Position numbers and translations under genes: made by a program. A stretch of DNA of 64,000 nucleotides from an uncultured Candidatus Saccharibacteria bacterium (GTDB lineage: Bacteria > Patescibacteriota > Minisyncoccia > Phycocordibacterales > PALSA-1337). Where the stretch lies: NCBI GenBank assembly GCA_964416985.1, contig CAYQFS010000001.1, forward strand, positions 83,413 to 147,412, in the 5' to 3' direction. Below, in pieces: positions 10,394 through 19,811 of this stretch; position 1 is the stretch's first letter, and every line of letters starts with the position of its first letter. The notes beneath the pieces were generated by a model. It was not told the DNA's origin. It made no database searches and was given only the letters and a program-made list of their open reading frames with translations.

Positions 10394-11101
10394 ATGTCAC
10401 ACTCAGTACACCCATATTCACATAGACTTGGAATCATCAGAGACTGGAAAAGTCGCTGGTTCGGCGTAAACAAGGGTTACAGATCAGCTCTCAAGGGAGA
10501 CCTCCTTATCCGTGAATTCCTTACGAAGGAACTCCGAGCTTTCTATCTTGCGGACGTTCAGATTGAACGAAACCAAAAATTCCTCCGTATCGTTGTTCGA
10601 ACATCACGACCAGGAATGATCATTGGACGATCAGGAGACGGGGCAGTGAAGCTTCGAGAAAAGATTCTCGCTCTCTTGAAAAAGAACAACATTAGCCTTG
10701 CAGGACAGGAATTGAAACTCGATATCGAAGAAGTTCGAAATCCAGAATCAAACGCAGCGATCGTCGGCCTCATGGTTGCCGAAGGACTTGAAAAGCGACT
10801 CCCATTCCGACGAGTTTTGAAGCAGACTCTTGAAAAGGTTCTTGCAAATCGAGAAGTGAAGGGAGCAAAGATCAAGCTCTCAGGACGACTTGGAGGTGCA
10901 GATATGGCTCGCCAGGAAGATTTGAAGAAGGGACAGATTCCTCTTCAGACTCTTCGAGCCGATATTGACTATGCCCGAGAGAAGGCTCACATGACCTATG
11001 GAGATATTGGGATCAAAGTCTGGATCTACAAGGGTCAGATCTTTGAGAAGGATCTCAAGGCTGCTGCAAACCAGGCTTCAACTAACGCAAGTCGATCATA
11101 A
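10394..11101 (+). CDS. rpsC: 30S ribosomal protein S3
   Basis: 235 aa with a KH domain (GRSGDGAVKLREKI region) and the S3 C-terminal domain. Confidence 0.93.
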   Translation: MSHSVHPYSHRLGIIRDWKSRWFGVNKGYRSALKGDLLIREFLTKELRAFYLADVQIERNQKFLRIVVRTSRPGMIIGRSGDGAVKLREKILALLKKNNISLAGQELKLDIEEVRNPESNAAIVGLMVAEGLEKRLPFRRVLKQTLEKVLANREVKGAKIKLSGRLGGADMARQEDLKKGQIPLQTLRADIDYAREKAHMTYGDIGIKVWIYKGQIFEKDLKAAANQASTNASRS

Positions 11102-11110
11102 TTTACTACC

Positions 11111-11542
11111 ATGTTATTTCCTAAAAAAGTAAAATTCAGAAAGTGGCACACCGGCCGAAAAAACGCAAAGAAGCTTGCGAATGCTGTTGAGACACGCGGA
11201 GTGAGTCTTGCCTTCGGTTCATATGGACTCAAGGTTCTTCAGTACGGACGCCTCACATCAAACGAGATCGAAGCTGCCCGAAAGGTTATGTCACGCTATG
11301 CTACAAAGTCAGGAAAGGTCTGGGTACGCATTTTCCCTGACCGACCATTCACCCAGAAGCCTCCGGAAGTAAAGCTCGGAAAGGGTAAGGGAGACCCAGT
11401 CGGATTTGTTGCTCCGGTCAAGGCAGGGCGCATCCTCTTTGAAATTGATGGAGTTGATGATAAGGTAGCTGCTGAGGCCCTCCGAAAGGCTGGAACAAAG
11501 ATCTCCCTTAGGACAAAGATCGTTAACCGTAACCTCTTTTAA
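11111..11542 (+). CDS. rplP: 50S ribosomal protein L16
   Basis: MLFPKKVKFRKWHTGR... is an L16 hallmark. Confidence 0.95.
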   Translation: MLFPKKVKFRKWHTGRKNAKKLANAVETRGVSLAFGSYGLKVLQYGRLTSNEIEAARKVMSRYATKSGKVWVRIFPDRPFTQKPPEVKLGKGKGDPVGFVAPVKAGRILFEIDGVDDKVAAEALRKAGTKISLRTKIVNRNLF

Positions 11543-11550
11543 TTACCACC

Positions 11551-11751
11551 ATGAAAGAATATAAAGACAAAACAATAGGGGATCTCCACAAGCTCATCAC
11601 TGAGAAGCGAGAGGGAATACGGGCTTTCAGATTTGGTTCAACAGGAAGCAAGACAAAGAACGTCAAACTTGGCAAGACCCTTACAAAGGAAATTGCTCGG
11701 ATCATGACAGAGCTCTCACTTCGAAAGAAGTCTGAAGTAAAGGCAAAATAA
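11551..11751 (+). CDS. rpmC: 50S ribosomal protein L29
   Basis: 66 aa helical protein in the conserved position. Confidence 0.8.
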   Translation: MKEYKDKTIGDLHKLITEKREGIRAFRFGSTGSKTKNVKLGKTLTKEIARIMTELSLRKKSEVKAK

Positions 11752-11758
11752 TTTATTT

Positions 11759-12034
11759 ATGGAAAAAAATACAGCACAAAAGAATACAAAAACAGTAGCA
11801 TCTGCCCCAAAGAGACAGACTCTTTCAGGTGTTGTTGTTTCTGATAAAATGAAGGACACAGTTGTAGTTCTTGTGGAGCGCTATGTAAAAAACGAAAAGT
11901 ACCAGAAATTCATAACTCTCCGCAAGCGCTATAAAGTGCACGATGCTGGAAATACAAAGAAAGTGGGGGACAAGGTTACCATCGAATCATGCCGACCTAT
12001 TTCAAAAACAAAGTCATTTAAGATTCTTGCATAA
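11759..12034 (+). CDS. rpsQ: 30S ribosomal protein S17
   Basis: 91 aa, S17-like (GVVVSDKMKDTVVV... RPISKTK). Confidence 0.9.
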   Translation: MEKNTAQKNTKTVASAPKRQTLSGVVVSDKMKDTVVVLVERYVKNEKYQKFITLRKRYKVHDAGNTKKVGDKVTIESCRPISKTKSFKILA

Positions 12035-12044
12035 TTAAACCACT

Positions 12045-12416
12045 ATGATTCAACCACGTTCAATAGTACGAATAACAGATAACAGCGGCGCAAAGATTGG
12101 CCGAATTTTCAAAGTGCTCGGTAGCTCAAAGAAGCGATATGCGGAACTCGGAGACCTCGTTGTTCTCTCAGTACAGAAAGCAGAGCCGCGAAAGGCTATC
12201 AAGAAGAAGGATGTTCTCCAGGCTGTAGTTGTCCGACAGGTAAAGGCCTTTCGACGACAGGATGGATCATACATTCGGTTTGATGAAAACGCAGTTGTTA
12301 TTCTCGAAAAGGGAAAGAAAGAACCGATCGCTGGCCGTGTTTTCGGTCCAATTCCTCGAGAGCTTTCAGAAAAGGGATTCCAGACAATCGCTTCACGAGC
12401 ACCAGAAATCGTGTAA
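12045..12416 (+). CDS. rplN: 50S ribosomal protein L14
   Basis: MIQPRSIVRITDNSGAK matches L14. Confidence 0.95.
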   Translation: MIQPRSIVRITDNSGAKIGRIFKVLGSSKKRYAELGDLVVLSVQKAEPRKAIKKKDVLQAVVVRQVKAFRRQDGSYIRFDENAVVILEKGKKEPIAGRVFGPIPRELSEKGFQTIASRAPEIV

Positions 12417-12427
12417 TATACAAAACC

Positions 12428-12706
12428 ATGACTATCAAAAAGAATGACAGCGTAATAGTACTCACTGGAAAGGACAAGGGAAAGTCTGGCAAGGTTCTCA
12501 TTTCTATGCCAAAGACTCACCAGCTCATTGTTTCTGGAATTAACAAAATGAAGAAACACCAGAAGCCTCGCCAGAAAGGGCAGAAGGGACAGATGATCGA
12601 GAAGGAAATGCCAATTGATGTTTCAAATGTCATGCTTGAAAGCGAAAAAACTGCAAAGCCAAAGAAGGTCACAGCTCCAAAAGTAGCAAAGGCCGCAAAG
12701 AAATAA
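12428..12706 (+). CDS. rplX: 50S ribosomal protein L24 (K-rich C-terminal tail)
   Basis: MTIKKNDSVIVLTGKDKGKSGKV has the L24 KOW motif. Confidence 0.92.
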   Translation: MTIKKNDSVIVLTGKDKGKSGKVLISMPKTHQLIVSGINKMKKHQKPRQKGQKGQMIEKEMPIDVSNVMLESEKTAKPKKVTAPKVAKAAKK

Positions 12707-12720
12707 TTACCTGAAATTTT

Positions 12721-13284
12721 ATGAAAATCACAGCCCCAACAAGCACATACGAACTCAACAAGCAGTCATTCAAGGCTCTTAAGGAGCAGTTCGGCTGGAA
12801 AAATCCTATGCAGGCCCCTCAGCTCAAGAAAGTGGTTATTTCTACCGGTATTGGTTCAATGAAGGACAAGAGAAAGATTGAACTCATTGCCGATCGTCTT
12901 GCAAAGATCACTGGCCAAAAACCAGCTGTTCGTGGTGCAAAGAAATCAATCGCTTCATTCAAAGTTCGAACTGGAGATCCTGTTGGTTATCAAGTTACTC
13001 TTCGTGGAAAAAGAATGATGGACTTTGTTGATCGTCTCATCCACATCGCCCTTCCTCGAACAAAGGACTTCCGAGGAATTTCAAAGACAGGAGTCGACCA
13101 AATGGGGAACTACACTCTCGGAATCAAGGAACACACTATTTTCGCAGAAACATCAGACGAAGATTTGAAGGATGTGTTTGGGCTTGGAGTGACATTTGTT
13201 ACTTCATCAGAAAAGAAGGATCAGACGATCGCTTTCCTCGAATATCTCGGATTTCCATTTAAGAAAGAGGAGGGGAAGAAGTAA
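12721..13284 (+). CDS. rplE: 50S ribosomal protein L5
   Basis: 187 aa, L5-like, in the conserved position. Confidence 0.93.
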   Translation: MKITAPTSTYELNKQSFKALKEQFGWKNPMQAPQLKKVVISTGIGSMKDKRKIELIADRLAKITGQKPAVRGAKKSIASFKVRTGDPVGYQVTLRGKRMMDFVDRLIHIALPRTKDFRGISKTGVDQMGNYTLGIKEHTIFAETSDEDLKDVFGLGVTFVTSSEKKDQTIAFLEYLGFPFKKEEGKK

Positions 13285-13292
13285 TAAAAGAA

Positions 13293-13320
13293 AAACAGAT
13301 CGCTCGGTCTGTTTTTTTTG
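13293..13320. terminator. bidirectional rho-independent terminator between rplE and the convergent methyltransferase
   Basis: CAGATCG-ctc-GGTCTG hairpin (bulged loop) flanked by AAAAA upstream and TTTTTTTTT downstream. Confidence 0.6.
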
Positions 13321-13391
13321 ACGCTAAAAAAGAAAACCCACCGAACGACAGGGGTGGGTTCCTGTGGGGCGGTGGGGTATTAAACCAAAGT

Positions 13392-14249
13392 TTATTTGCG
13401 ACGAAGAACAAGTCGTGTGTGCCAATCCCGAATCGTGGGTTGGTCGTAGCCGAGAGGAGTGGGGTTAGGAATATCGGTTAGCTCCTCAAGTTCGAACCCA
13501 ACCTCTTTGAAACGACGTACCCAACCCTCTTCAGTCTCGTAAGTACCAGGAACTGGTATATCGGCTGAATGGAATAGCCGATTGTAAACGTAATCACTGA
13601 CGAATGTACGTTCGAATTCATTAGGATCGTTCCGAATCGGCACTGTCTCGATGACGACGAGCCGACCACTAGGACGAATAATCCGAGCAAGTTCACGAAG
13701 GATTTTCTCATTGTTCTCTTCATGATGAGCGACGTTTGTCATAAGACCAGCATCGAAGTGTCCATCAGATACCGGAATAGATATTCCGTCGAAATGTTTG
13801 ATTGGGGCCATCACTCCATGAGTAGGGTAGTTGCGTACATCATACCCTGTTATGTTGTGAGTGATATGGTCATAGACATAGTTTGTAACTTGCCCATCAC
13901 CGCACCCAAAGTCAATTATCGTTTCATCTTGACGAAAGAACTTTGAGATCTGCGCGTAAACGATCTGAGCACGATCCACCATTTTCTCCTCGAGAACTTG
14001 GATGAGGGTTGCGCCATCGATGAAGATTTCAGAGAATTCAGAATTGACTAATCGTTCGGTGTGTTCGATATCTGTGGTATTGGCCACGGTCTGCGTTACG
14101 AATTTCACCACTGACTGTGCTCGATCGTTGAGACCGAGATTCATGAATGTATGCATGAGGTCTTTGCGGACTAACTCATGCACTTGAGGGTTTGCCAATG
14201 CAGCTTTAAGACGTTGCTGCATCTTGGCGATATCTGGACGTTGTTGCAT
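13392..14249 (-). CDS. class I SAM-dependent methyltransferase (antisense insert inside the ribosomal protein supercluster)
   Basis: 285 aa with motif I IIDFGCGDGQV and post-I acidic residue. Rossmann-fold MTase signature. Local GC is higher than the flanks. Confidence 0.75.
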   Translation of the reverse strand: MQQRPDIAKMQQRLKAALANPQVHELVRKDLMHTFMNLGLNDRAQSVVKFVTQTVANTTDIEHTERLVNSEFSEIFIDGATLIQVLEEKMVDRAQIVYAQISKFFRQDETIIDFGCGDGQVTNYVYDHITHNITGYDVRNYPTHGVMAPIKHFDGISIPVSDGHFDAGLMTNVAHHEENNEKILRELARIIRPSGRLVVIETVPIRNDPNEFERTFVSDYVYNRLFHSADIPVPGTYETEEGWVRRFKEVGFELEELTDIPNPTPLGYDQPTIRDWHTRLVLRRK

Positions 14250-14476
14250 AGGATTTTCAGGGGTTATTGATTTATGACGAGGTTCAATTAAACTAGGCTA
14301 TTATTAGCATATTTAACACATATTGTCAACCCCTTTACTTTATTATCCCTTTCGTTTACTATGCTTACTACCTTACAAGAAGGAAACAAATTAGTGATTG
14401 GAAGCACATCGCCTCGAAAGGGGAGGAAAAGCTAACCAATCCCCATTTTTATTGCAAAAACAGCAAAAAGTAACCC

Positions 14477-14662
14477 ATGGCAAAAAGATCAGTAACAGCA
14501 CGATCAAAAAAGACACCCAAGTTTAAGTCTCGGGTAGTTCGACGATGTTTCCGATGTAGTCGAAAGAATGGCTATATGAGAGACTTTGATCTTTGCCGTA
14601 TTTGTTTCCGAGAATTCGCTAACGAAGGAGTTATCCCAGGAATCAAGAAATCATCATGGTAA
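14477..14662 (+). CDS. rpsZ: 30S ribosomal protein S14 type Z (zinc-binding)
   Basis: 61 aa with CxxC...CxxC (CFRCSRK ... CRICFRE). Confidence 0.93.
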   Translation: MAKRSVTARSKKTPKFKSRVVRRCFRCSRKNGYMRDFDLCRICFREFANEGVIPGIKKSSW

Positions 14663-15048
14663 CAGACCCTATCTCAAACTTCATAACCGGAATCAAGAAT
14701 GCAAGTGACGCTCGAAAGGCGACAGTCACAGTTCCATATTCAGCACTCAAGGAATCAATCGCACATGTTCTCTCAAAAGCAGGATACCTTTCAACAATTG
14801 AAAAGAAAGGAAAGAAAGTCGTAAAGACCCTCGAAGTTGGAATTGTTTATTTTGGAAAGGAACCACGAATCAACGGAGTTGACCGAATTTCAAAGCCCTC
14901 ACGACGAGTCTATCAGAAGTCAAAGGACATCCGAATGTTCAAGAGCGGATTTGGAAACACGGTTCTTTCAACACCAAAGGGAATTCTTTTGGATGTTGAT
15001 GCAAAGAAGCACAAGGTCGGAGGAGAAGTTCTCTTTAAAATCTGGTAA
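14656..15048 (+). CDS. rpsH: 30S ribosomal protein S8
   Basis: MVTDPISNFITGIKNA... is an S8 hallmark. Confidence 0.93.
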   Translation: MVTDPISNFITGIKNASDARKATVTVPYSALKESIAHVLSKAGYLSTIEKKGKKVVKTLEVGIVYFGKEPRINGVDRISKPSRRVYQKSKDIRMFKSGFGNTVLSTPKGILLDVDAKKHKVGGEVLFKIW

Positions 15049-15060
15049 TAAATTATCTAT

Positions 15061-15594
15061 ATGTCACGAATCGCAAAAAAACCAATACCAGTTCCAGCAA
15101 AGACCGAAGTTAGCTACGCTAACGGAACTCTTACCGTGAAAGGACCTTTGGGAACTCTTGTAAAAGAATTCCGACCTGAGATCGAAGTAAAAGTCGAGAA
15201 CAACGAAGTGTCTCTTGTTCCTGTACGAAACTCACTCGACATCCTTGCTCTCTGGGGAACATACGCTTCACATCTCCGAAATATGCTCGCAGGTGTACAT
15301 ACTCCATATCAGAAGAAGCTCATTGTTGAGGGAATTGGATACAAGTCGGATGTAAAGGGAAAAGAGCTCGTCCTCTCTCTTGGATTCTCTCACCAGGTCA
15401 AGGTAATCGTTCCAGATGATCTCAAGGTTACAGCCGACAAGAACGTCATTACTGTTTCAGGAATTGACTGTGAAAAAGTAGGTCAGTTCGTTGCAAAGGT
15501 CCGATCATTGAAGAAGCCTGAACCATACAAAGGGAAGGGAATTCGATACGAAGGAGAAGTTATTCGCCGAAAACAGGGTAAGAAGTCGGTCTAA
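15061..15594 (+). CDS. rplF: 50S ribosomal protein L6
   Basis: [12 protein letters not shown]... matches L6. Confidence 0.93.
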   Translation: MSRIAKKPIPVPAKTEVSYANGTLTVKGPLGTLVKEFRPEIEVKVENNEVSLVPVRNSLDILALWGTYASHLRNMLAGVHTPYQKKLIVEGIGYKSDVKGKELVLSLGFSHQVKVIVPDDLKVTADKNVITVSGIDCEKVGQFVAKVRSLKKPEPYKGKGIRYEGEVIRRKQGKKSV

Positions 15595-15608
15595 TTGAAA
15601 AAACCGCT

Positions 15609-15932
15609 ATGAATACAAGCAAACAAAAACAAATGAAGATCGCACGACGACACAAGAGAATCCGAGCAACTATCTCGGGTACTTCAGAACGACCTCGTCT
15701 TTCTGTTTTTCGATCAAACAAGTTTATCTATGCTCAGCTCATTGATGATGTGAAAGGACACACATTTGCTGAAGCACATGCAACTGATGCAAAGACAGTC
15801 GGTATTGATCTTGCAAAGAAGGCGAAGACTTTGAAGATCGATAAAGTTGTTTTTGACCGAGGAGGATACCTCTACACTGGAAAGATCAAGGCAGTGGCAG
15901 ATGCGGCTCGGGAAGGAGGATTGAAGTTTTAA
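15609..15932 (+). CDS. rplR: 50S ribosomal protein L18
   Basis: 107 aa, L18-like ([18 protein letters not shown]). Confidence 0.9.
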   Translation: MNTSKQKQMKIARRHKRIRATISGTSERPRLSVFRSNKFIYAQLIDDVKGHTFAEAHATDAKTVGIDLAKKAKTLKIDKVVFDRGGYLYTGKIKAVADAAREGGLKF

Positions 15933-15943
15933 TTTACATACAT

Positions 15944-16603
15944 ATGGAAACTAACGAAACAAAACTTACAGAGACAACACCAGCAGCAACAGCTCCAGTT
16001 GTTTCAGCTGATACAAAGGCTGCGGAACCACGACCCGATTCTCGAGGAGGATACGGATCACCACAGGGAAGTCAGGGTAGCCGACGACCTGCTGGACGTC
16101 GTCCACAGCGAGAGAGCAAGGAGCGTGTTAAGCCTGAATTTGATACAAAGATCATCGCTATCCGACGAGTGACTCGAGTTGCTTCTGGAGGACGACGATT
16201 TACATTCTCAGTTGCAGTTGTTTCTGGAGACCGAAAGGGACGAGTGGGAGTTGGACTTGGAAAAGCGGGGGATACATCTCTTGCAATCGACAAGGCCACA
16301 CGACACGCAAAGAAAAACATGATCAAAGTTCCTCTTTCACCTGCAATGACAATTCCACACGCAATCCAGACAAAATTCTCAAGCGCTATTGTCATGCTCA
16401 TGCCAGCGCGAGGACGAGGAGTGGTAGCAGGAAGCTCAGCTCGAAATGTTATCGAGCTTGCGGGTATCAAGGACATTTGCGTCAAGCTTCTTTCAGGAAG
16501 CAAGAACAAATTGAACATTGCTCGAGCGACAGTCAAGGCTCTTACCATGCTTTCAAAGCAGCCACGAAGCGCCCTTCTTCCAAAATCTGAAACAACTAAA
16601 TAA
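15944..16603 (+). CDS. rpsE: 30S ribosomal protein S5 (long N-terminal low-complexity extension)
   Basis: The S5 core (IIAIRRVTRVASGGRRF... GVGLGKAG) is preceded by ~55 aa rich in P/A/R/G/S. Confidence 0.9.
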   Translation: METNETKLTETTPAATAPVVSADTKAAEPRPDSRGGYGSPQGSQGSRRPAGRRPQRESKERVKPEFDTKIIAIRRVTRVASGGRRFTFSVAVVSGDRKGRVGVGLGKAGDTSLAIDKATRHAKKNMIKVPLSPAMTIPHAIQTKFSSAIVMLMPARGRGVVAGSSARNVIELAGIKDICVKLLSGSKNKLNIARATVKALTMLSKQPRSALLPKSETTK

Positions 16604-16609
16604 ACAGCC

Positions 16610-17053
16610 ATGCAAACACACAATCTCATTCCAAAGACAAAGAACAAGAAGACTATGATCGTAGCCCGAGGAGGGAAGCGAGGAAAGACATCTGGCCGAG
16701 GTGGAAAGGGTCAGACAGCTCGTGCTGGAAATAAGCGACGCCCAGAACTTCGAGACTTCATCAAGCGAATCCCAAAGCTCCGAGGACGAGGAGTTAATCC
16801 TCACAAATCTATTGAGACAAAGCCTCTTGCTATTAACCTTGGCGTTATTGACGCTGTAGCAAAAGCTGGCTCAATCATTACTCCAAAAACTCTTATCGAA
16901 ATGAAAGTGATCTCAACCTTCGAAGGAAAGATTCCTCAGGTTAAAATACTAGCTGGTGGAGATATTTCAAAAAAGATCTCTGTCGAGAACTGCATTGTCT
17001 CAAAGGAGGCAAAGGCAAAGATCGAAAAGGCAGGCGGTTCAGTGAAGATCTAG
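16610..17053 (+). CDS. rplO: 50S ribosomal protein L15 (directly after rpsE; no rpmD/L30 gene)
   Basis: 147 aa with a Gly/Arg/Lys-rich L15 N-terminus (ARGGKRGKTSGRGGKGQ). Confidence 0.9.
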   Translation: MQTHNLIPKTKNKKTMIVARGGKRGKTSGRGGKGQTARAGNKRRPELRDFIKRIPKLRGRGVNPHKSIETKPLAINLGVIDAVAKAGSIITPKTLIEMKVISTFEGKIPQVKILAGGDISKKISVENCIVSKEAKAKIEKAGGSVKI

Positions 17054-17093
17054 TTGGAAGTTATACTTTAGCAGCACGAATATAGAGAACATC

Positions 17094-18365
17094 ATGAATA
17101 CATTTTTTCAAAAAATAGCAGTCGTTCTCAAGGATCCGGTCATACGAAAGCGCATTTTCTTTACTCTCGGAGCGCTTGTCGTATTTCGACTTCTTGCGAC
17201 AATTCCGGTCCCTGGAGTTGATATTTCAAATCTCCAAAGACTCCTTGCTGGGAACCAGTTCCTTGGTCTTCTTGATATTTTCTCAGGAGGGGGAATTTCT
17301 ACTCTCTCAATCGTAATGCTCGGAGTTGGTCCGTACATCACTGCTTCTATCATCGTCCAGCTCTTGACCATGATGTTCCCGAAAATGAAGGCTATGATGC
17401 AGGAAGAAGGGGAAATTGGACGCCAGAAACTCTCTCAGTATTCTCGAATCCTCTCTATTCCGCTCGCTGCACTTCAAGCTCTTGGATTTATTGCCCTCCT
17501 TGCAAGTCAGAATGTCCTCCCTCACCTCGGGGGAATGGCTCTCTTTACAAATATCGTAGTCATCACGGCAGGATCAGTTCTCCTCATGTGGATTGGAGAG
17601 CTCATTTCTGAGTTTGGAATTGGAAACGGAGTCTCTCTCATTATTTTTGCAGGTATTATTACACGAATTCCTACGACCATTTACCAATTTTTCGTGAGCT
17701 TTGATGCTTCACAGATTCCTCAGTATCTTGTCTTCCTCGTCATCGGAATAATCGTGATTGTTGGAGTCGTGCTCGTCACCGAAGCTGAACGACCTATTTC
17801 TGTAACATACGCAAAGCAGGTTCGTGGAAACAAAGTCTACGGAGGAGTTTCTACATATCTTCCTCTCCGATTGAACCAGGCCGGAGTTATTCCAATCATC
17901 TTTGCCCTCTCAATCCTCCTTTTCCCTCAGATTATCGCAAACTTCCTTGCTCAGGTTTCAAATGTCGCCGTTGCCAACGCCGCTTCTTCCATTGCAACAT
18001 TCCTCGCGGATCCTTGGGCTCATGCACTCATTTACTTCTTCCTTGTTTTTATCTTCACATATTTCTACACTGCCGTTACATTTGATCCAAAGATGATTTC
18101 TGAGAATCTTCAGAAGGGTGGTGCCTTCATTCCGGGAGTTCGTCCAGGTGAATCGACCCAGACATATCTTGGAAAGGTTGTAACCCGAATTACCCTTGTT
18201 GGTGCTCTCTTCCTCGGTATCGTGGCCGTTCTCCCTCTCGTCATGCAGGGCTTTACAGGCAACCAAAGCCTTTCAATCGGCGGTACAGCCCTTCTCATCG
18301 TGGTATCCGTAGTTCTCGATCTCTTGAAGAAAGTGGACGCTCAGGCCTCAATGAGGGAGTACTAG
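17094..18365 (+). CDS. secY: preprotein translocase subunit SecY
   Basis: 423 aa, 10 TM segments, SecY-like. Confidence 0.95.
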   Translation: MNTFFQKIAVVLKDPVIRKRIFFTLGALVVFRLLATIPVPGVDISNLQRLLAGNQFLGLLDIFSGGGISTLSIVMLGVGPYITASIIVQLLTMMFPKMKAMMQEEGEIGRQKLSQYSRILSIPLAALQALGFIALLASQNVLPHLGGMALFTNIVVITAGSVLLMWIGELISEFGIGNGVSLIIFAGIITRIPTTIYQFFVSFDASQIPQYLVFLVIGIIVIVGVVLVTEAERPISVTYAKQVRGNKVYGGVSTYLPLRLNQAGVIPIIFALSILLFPQIIANFLAQVSNVAVANAASSIATFLADPWAHALIYFFLVFIFTYFYTAVTFDPKMISENLQKGGAFIPGVRPGESTQTYLGKVVTRITLVGALFLGIVAVLPLVMQGFTGNQSLSIGGTALLIVVSVVLDLLKKVDAQASMREY

Positions 18366-18375
18366 AAAAAGAGAA

Positions 18376-18405
18376 AAAGCGGTCCAAAAGACTGCTTTTT
18401 GCTTT
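18376..18405 (+). terminator. rho-independent terminator after secY
   Basis: GCGGTC-caaaa-GACTGC hairpin followed by TTTTTGCTTT. Confidence 0.5.
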
Positions 18406-18412
18406 ATGATTA

Positions 18413-19033
18413 ATGCGATATACTGAATCAATGAAACCTCAATCATTTATCTTCATCGGCCGTTCCGGCTCTGGAAAGGGCACTCAGGCCAAGCTTTTGC
18501 AGGAGTATTTAAAAAAAGTAGATCCATCTCGAAATGCTCTCTATGTTCAGAGCGGTGCTGAGTTCAGAGAATTTATCAAGGGAGGAAGTGCGACACAAAA
18601 ACTTTCGAGAGACATTTATGATAAAGGAGGATTGCAGCCGGAGTTTCTTGCGACATTTATGTGGACTAATGTTCTCGTAAAGAATTACACGCTTGGCGAG
18701 CACCTTATTATGGATGGAATGCCACGAAAATATCATGAAGCGGGAGTTCTCGATTCTATTTTTGATTTTTATAAAATAACGAAACCTTTTGTCGTTTACA
18801 TTGATATTAAAAAAGAAGAATCGGTCAATCGACTGATGGCTCGAGGACGCATTGATGACAACAGAAAGGAGATAGAGGAGAGGCTATCGTGGTTTGAGAC
18901 AGAGGTTTCGCACGCTCTTGATTTTTATCGTGACAATCCCCAGTATAACTATCTCGTGGTAAACGGTGAGCAACCTGTTGAGAAGGTTCATGCAGATATT
19001 ATTGAAAAAATTGTTGCAAAATTACAGAAATAG
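18413..19033 (+). CDS. adk: adenylate kinase
   Basis: P-loop GRSGSGKGTQA. NMP-binding and LID regions. The true start may be Met-7 (nt 18431). Confidence 0.9.
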   Translation: MRYTESMKPQSFIFIGRSGSGKGTQAKLLQEYLKKVDPSRNALYVQSGAEFREFIKGGSATQKLSRDIYDKGGLQPEFLATFMWTNVLVKNYTLGEHLIMDGMPRKYHEAGVLDSIFDFYKITKPFVVYIDIKKEESVNRLMARGRIDDNRKEIEERLSWFETEVSHALDFYRDNPQYNYLVVNGEQPVEKVHADIIEKIVAKLQK

Positions 19034-19804
19034 ATGATACAGCTTAAAGGAAAAGAAGATATACAGATTCTCCGCGAAGGGGGAAAAATTACTGCAGGAG
19101 TGATGCAGAAGCTAGTTGCCATGGTCAAGCCAGGGCTTGTTACGAGTGAACTCGAAGTGGCTGCAAGAAAACTGATAAAGGAAGCAGGAGCAGAATCATC
19201 AATTCTCGACTACCAGCCCTACGGAGCTGATCGACCTTTTCCTGCGGCAATTTGTGTTTCAGTAAATGACGAAGTGGTTCACGGAATCCCGAATGAGAAT
19301 CCTATTACCCTCAAAGAAGGAGATGTTGTAACAATCGATGTAACGCTCACCTACAAAGAAATGGTTACTGATATGGCAATGACAGTGCCGGTGGGAAAGG
19401 TTTCTTCAGACATCGAGAGACTCATCAAGGGGACGAAAGAAGCCCTTATGGCGGGGATAAAGGCGGCCAAAGGGGGGAAGAGAATAGGGGATATAAGCTC
19501 GGCTATTGAGCTTGTAGGGCTTTCACACAAGCTTGGTGTGGTAGAGGAACTCGCAGGGCATGGAGTAGGTTTTAGCGTACACGAGGAGCCATTTGTACCA
19601 AACTACGGTGAACCCGGAAAAGGTGAAGTTTTGAAACCAGGACTTGTTATTGCAATTGAGCCGATGTTTAATCTTGGTTCACGCCATGTGCAGCTCGATC
19701 CTGATGGATACACCTATCGGACAGAAGATGGGAAGCCAAGTGCGCATTTTGAACACACCGTTCTCATCACAAAAGGAGACGCGGAGATACTGACTTTGCT
19801 ATAA
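19034..19804 (+). CDS. map: methionine aminopeptidase type I
   Basis: 256 aa, MetAP pita-bread fold motifs. Confidence 0.9.
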   Translation: MIQLKGKEDIQILREGGKITAGVMQKLVAMVKPGLVTSELEVAARKLIKEAGAESSILDYQPYGADRPFPAAICVSVNDEVVHGIPNENPITLKEGDVVTIDVTLTYKEMVTDMAMTVPVGKVSSDIERLIKGTKEALMAGIKAAKGGKRIGDISSAIELVGLSHKLGVVEELAGHGVGFSVHEEPFVPNYGEPGKGEVLKPGLVIAIEPMFNLGSRHVQLDPDGYTYRTEDGKPSAHFEHTVLITKGDAEILTLL

Positions 19805-19811
19805 TAGATTC

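Noticed and set aside
14250-14476. Possible structured ribosomal-protein leader or sRNA in the 227-nt spacer upstream of rpsZ
   Set aside because: Only a weak TTGTCA/-10 pairing and an AGGGGAGG SD-like element could be found, with no convincing conserved hairpins. It is most likely just the restart promoter region required because of the antisense methyltransferase insertion.
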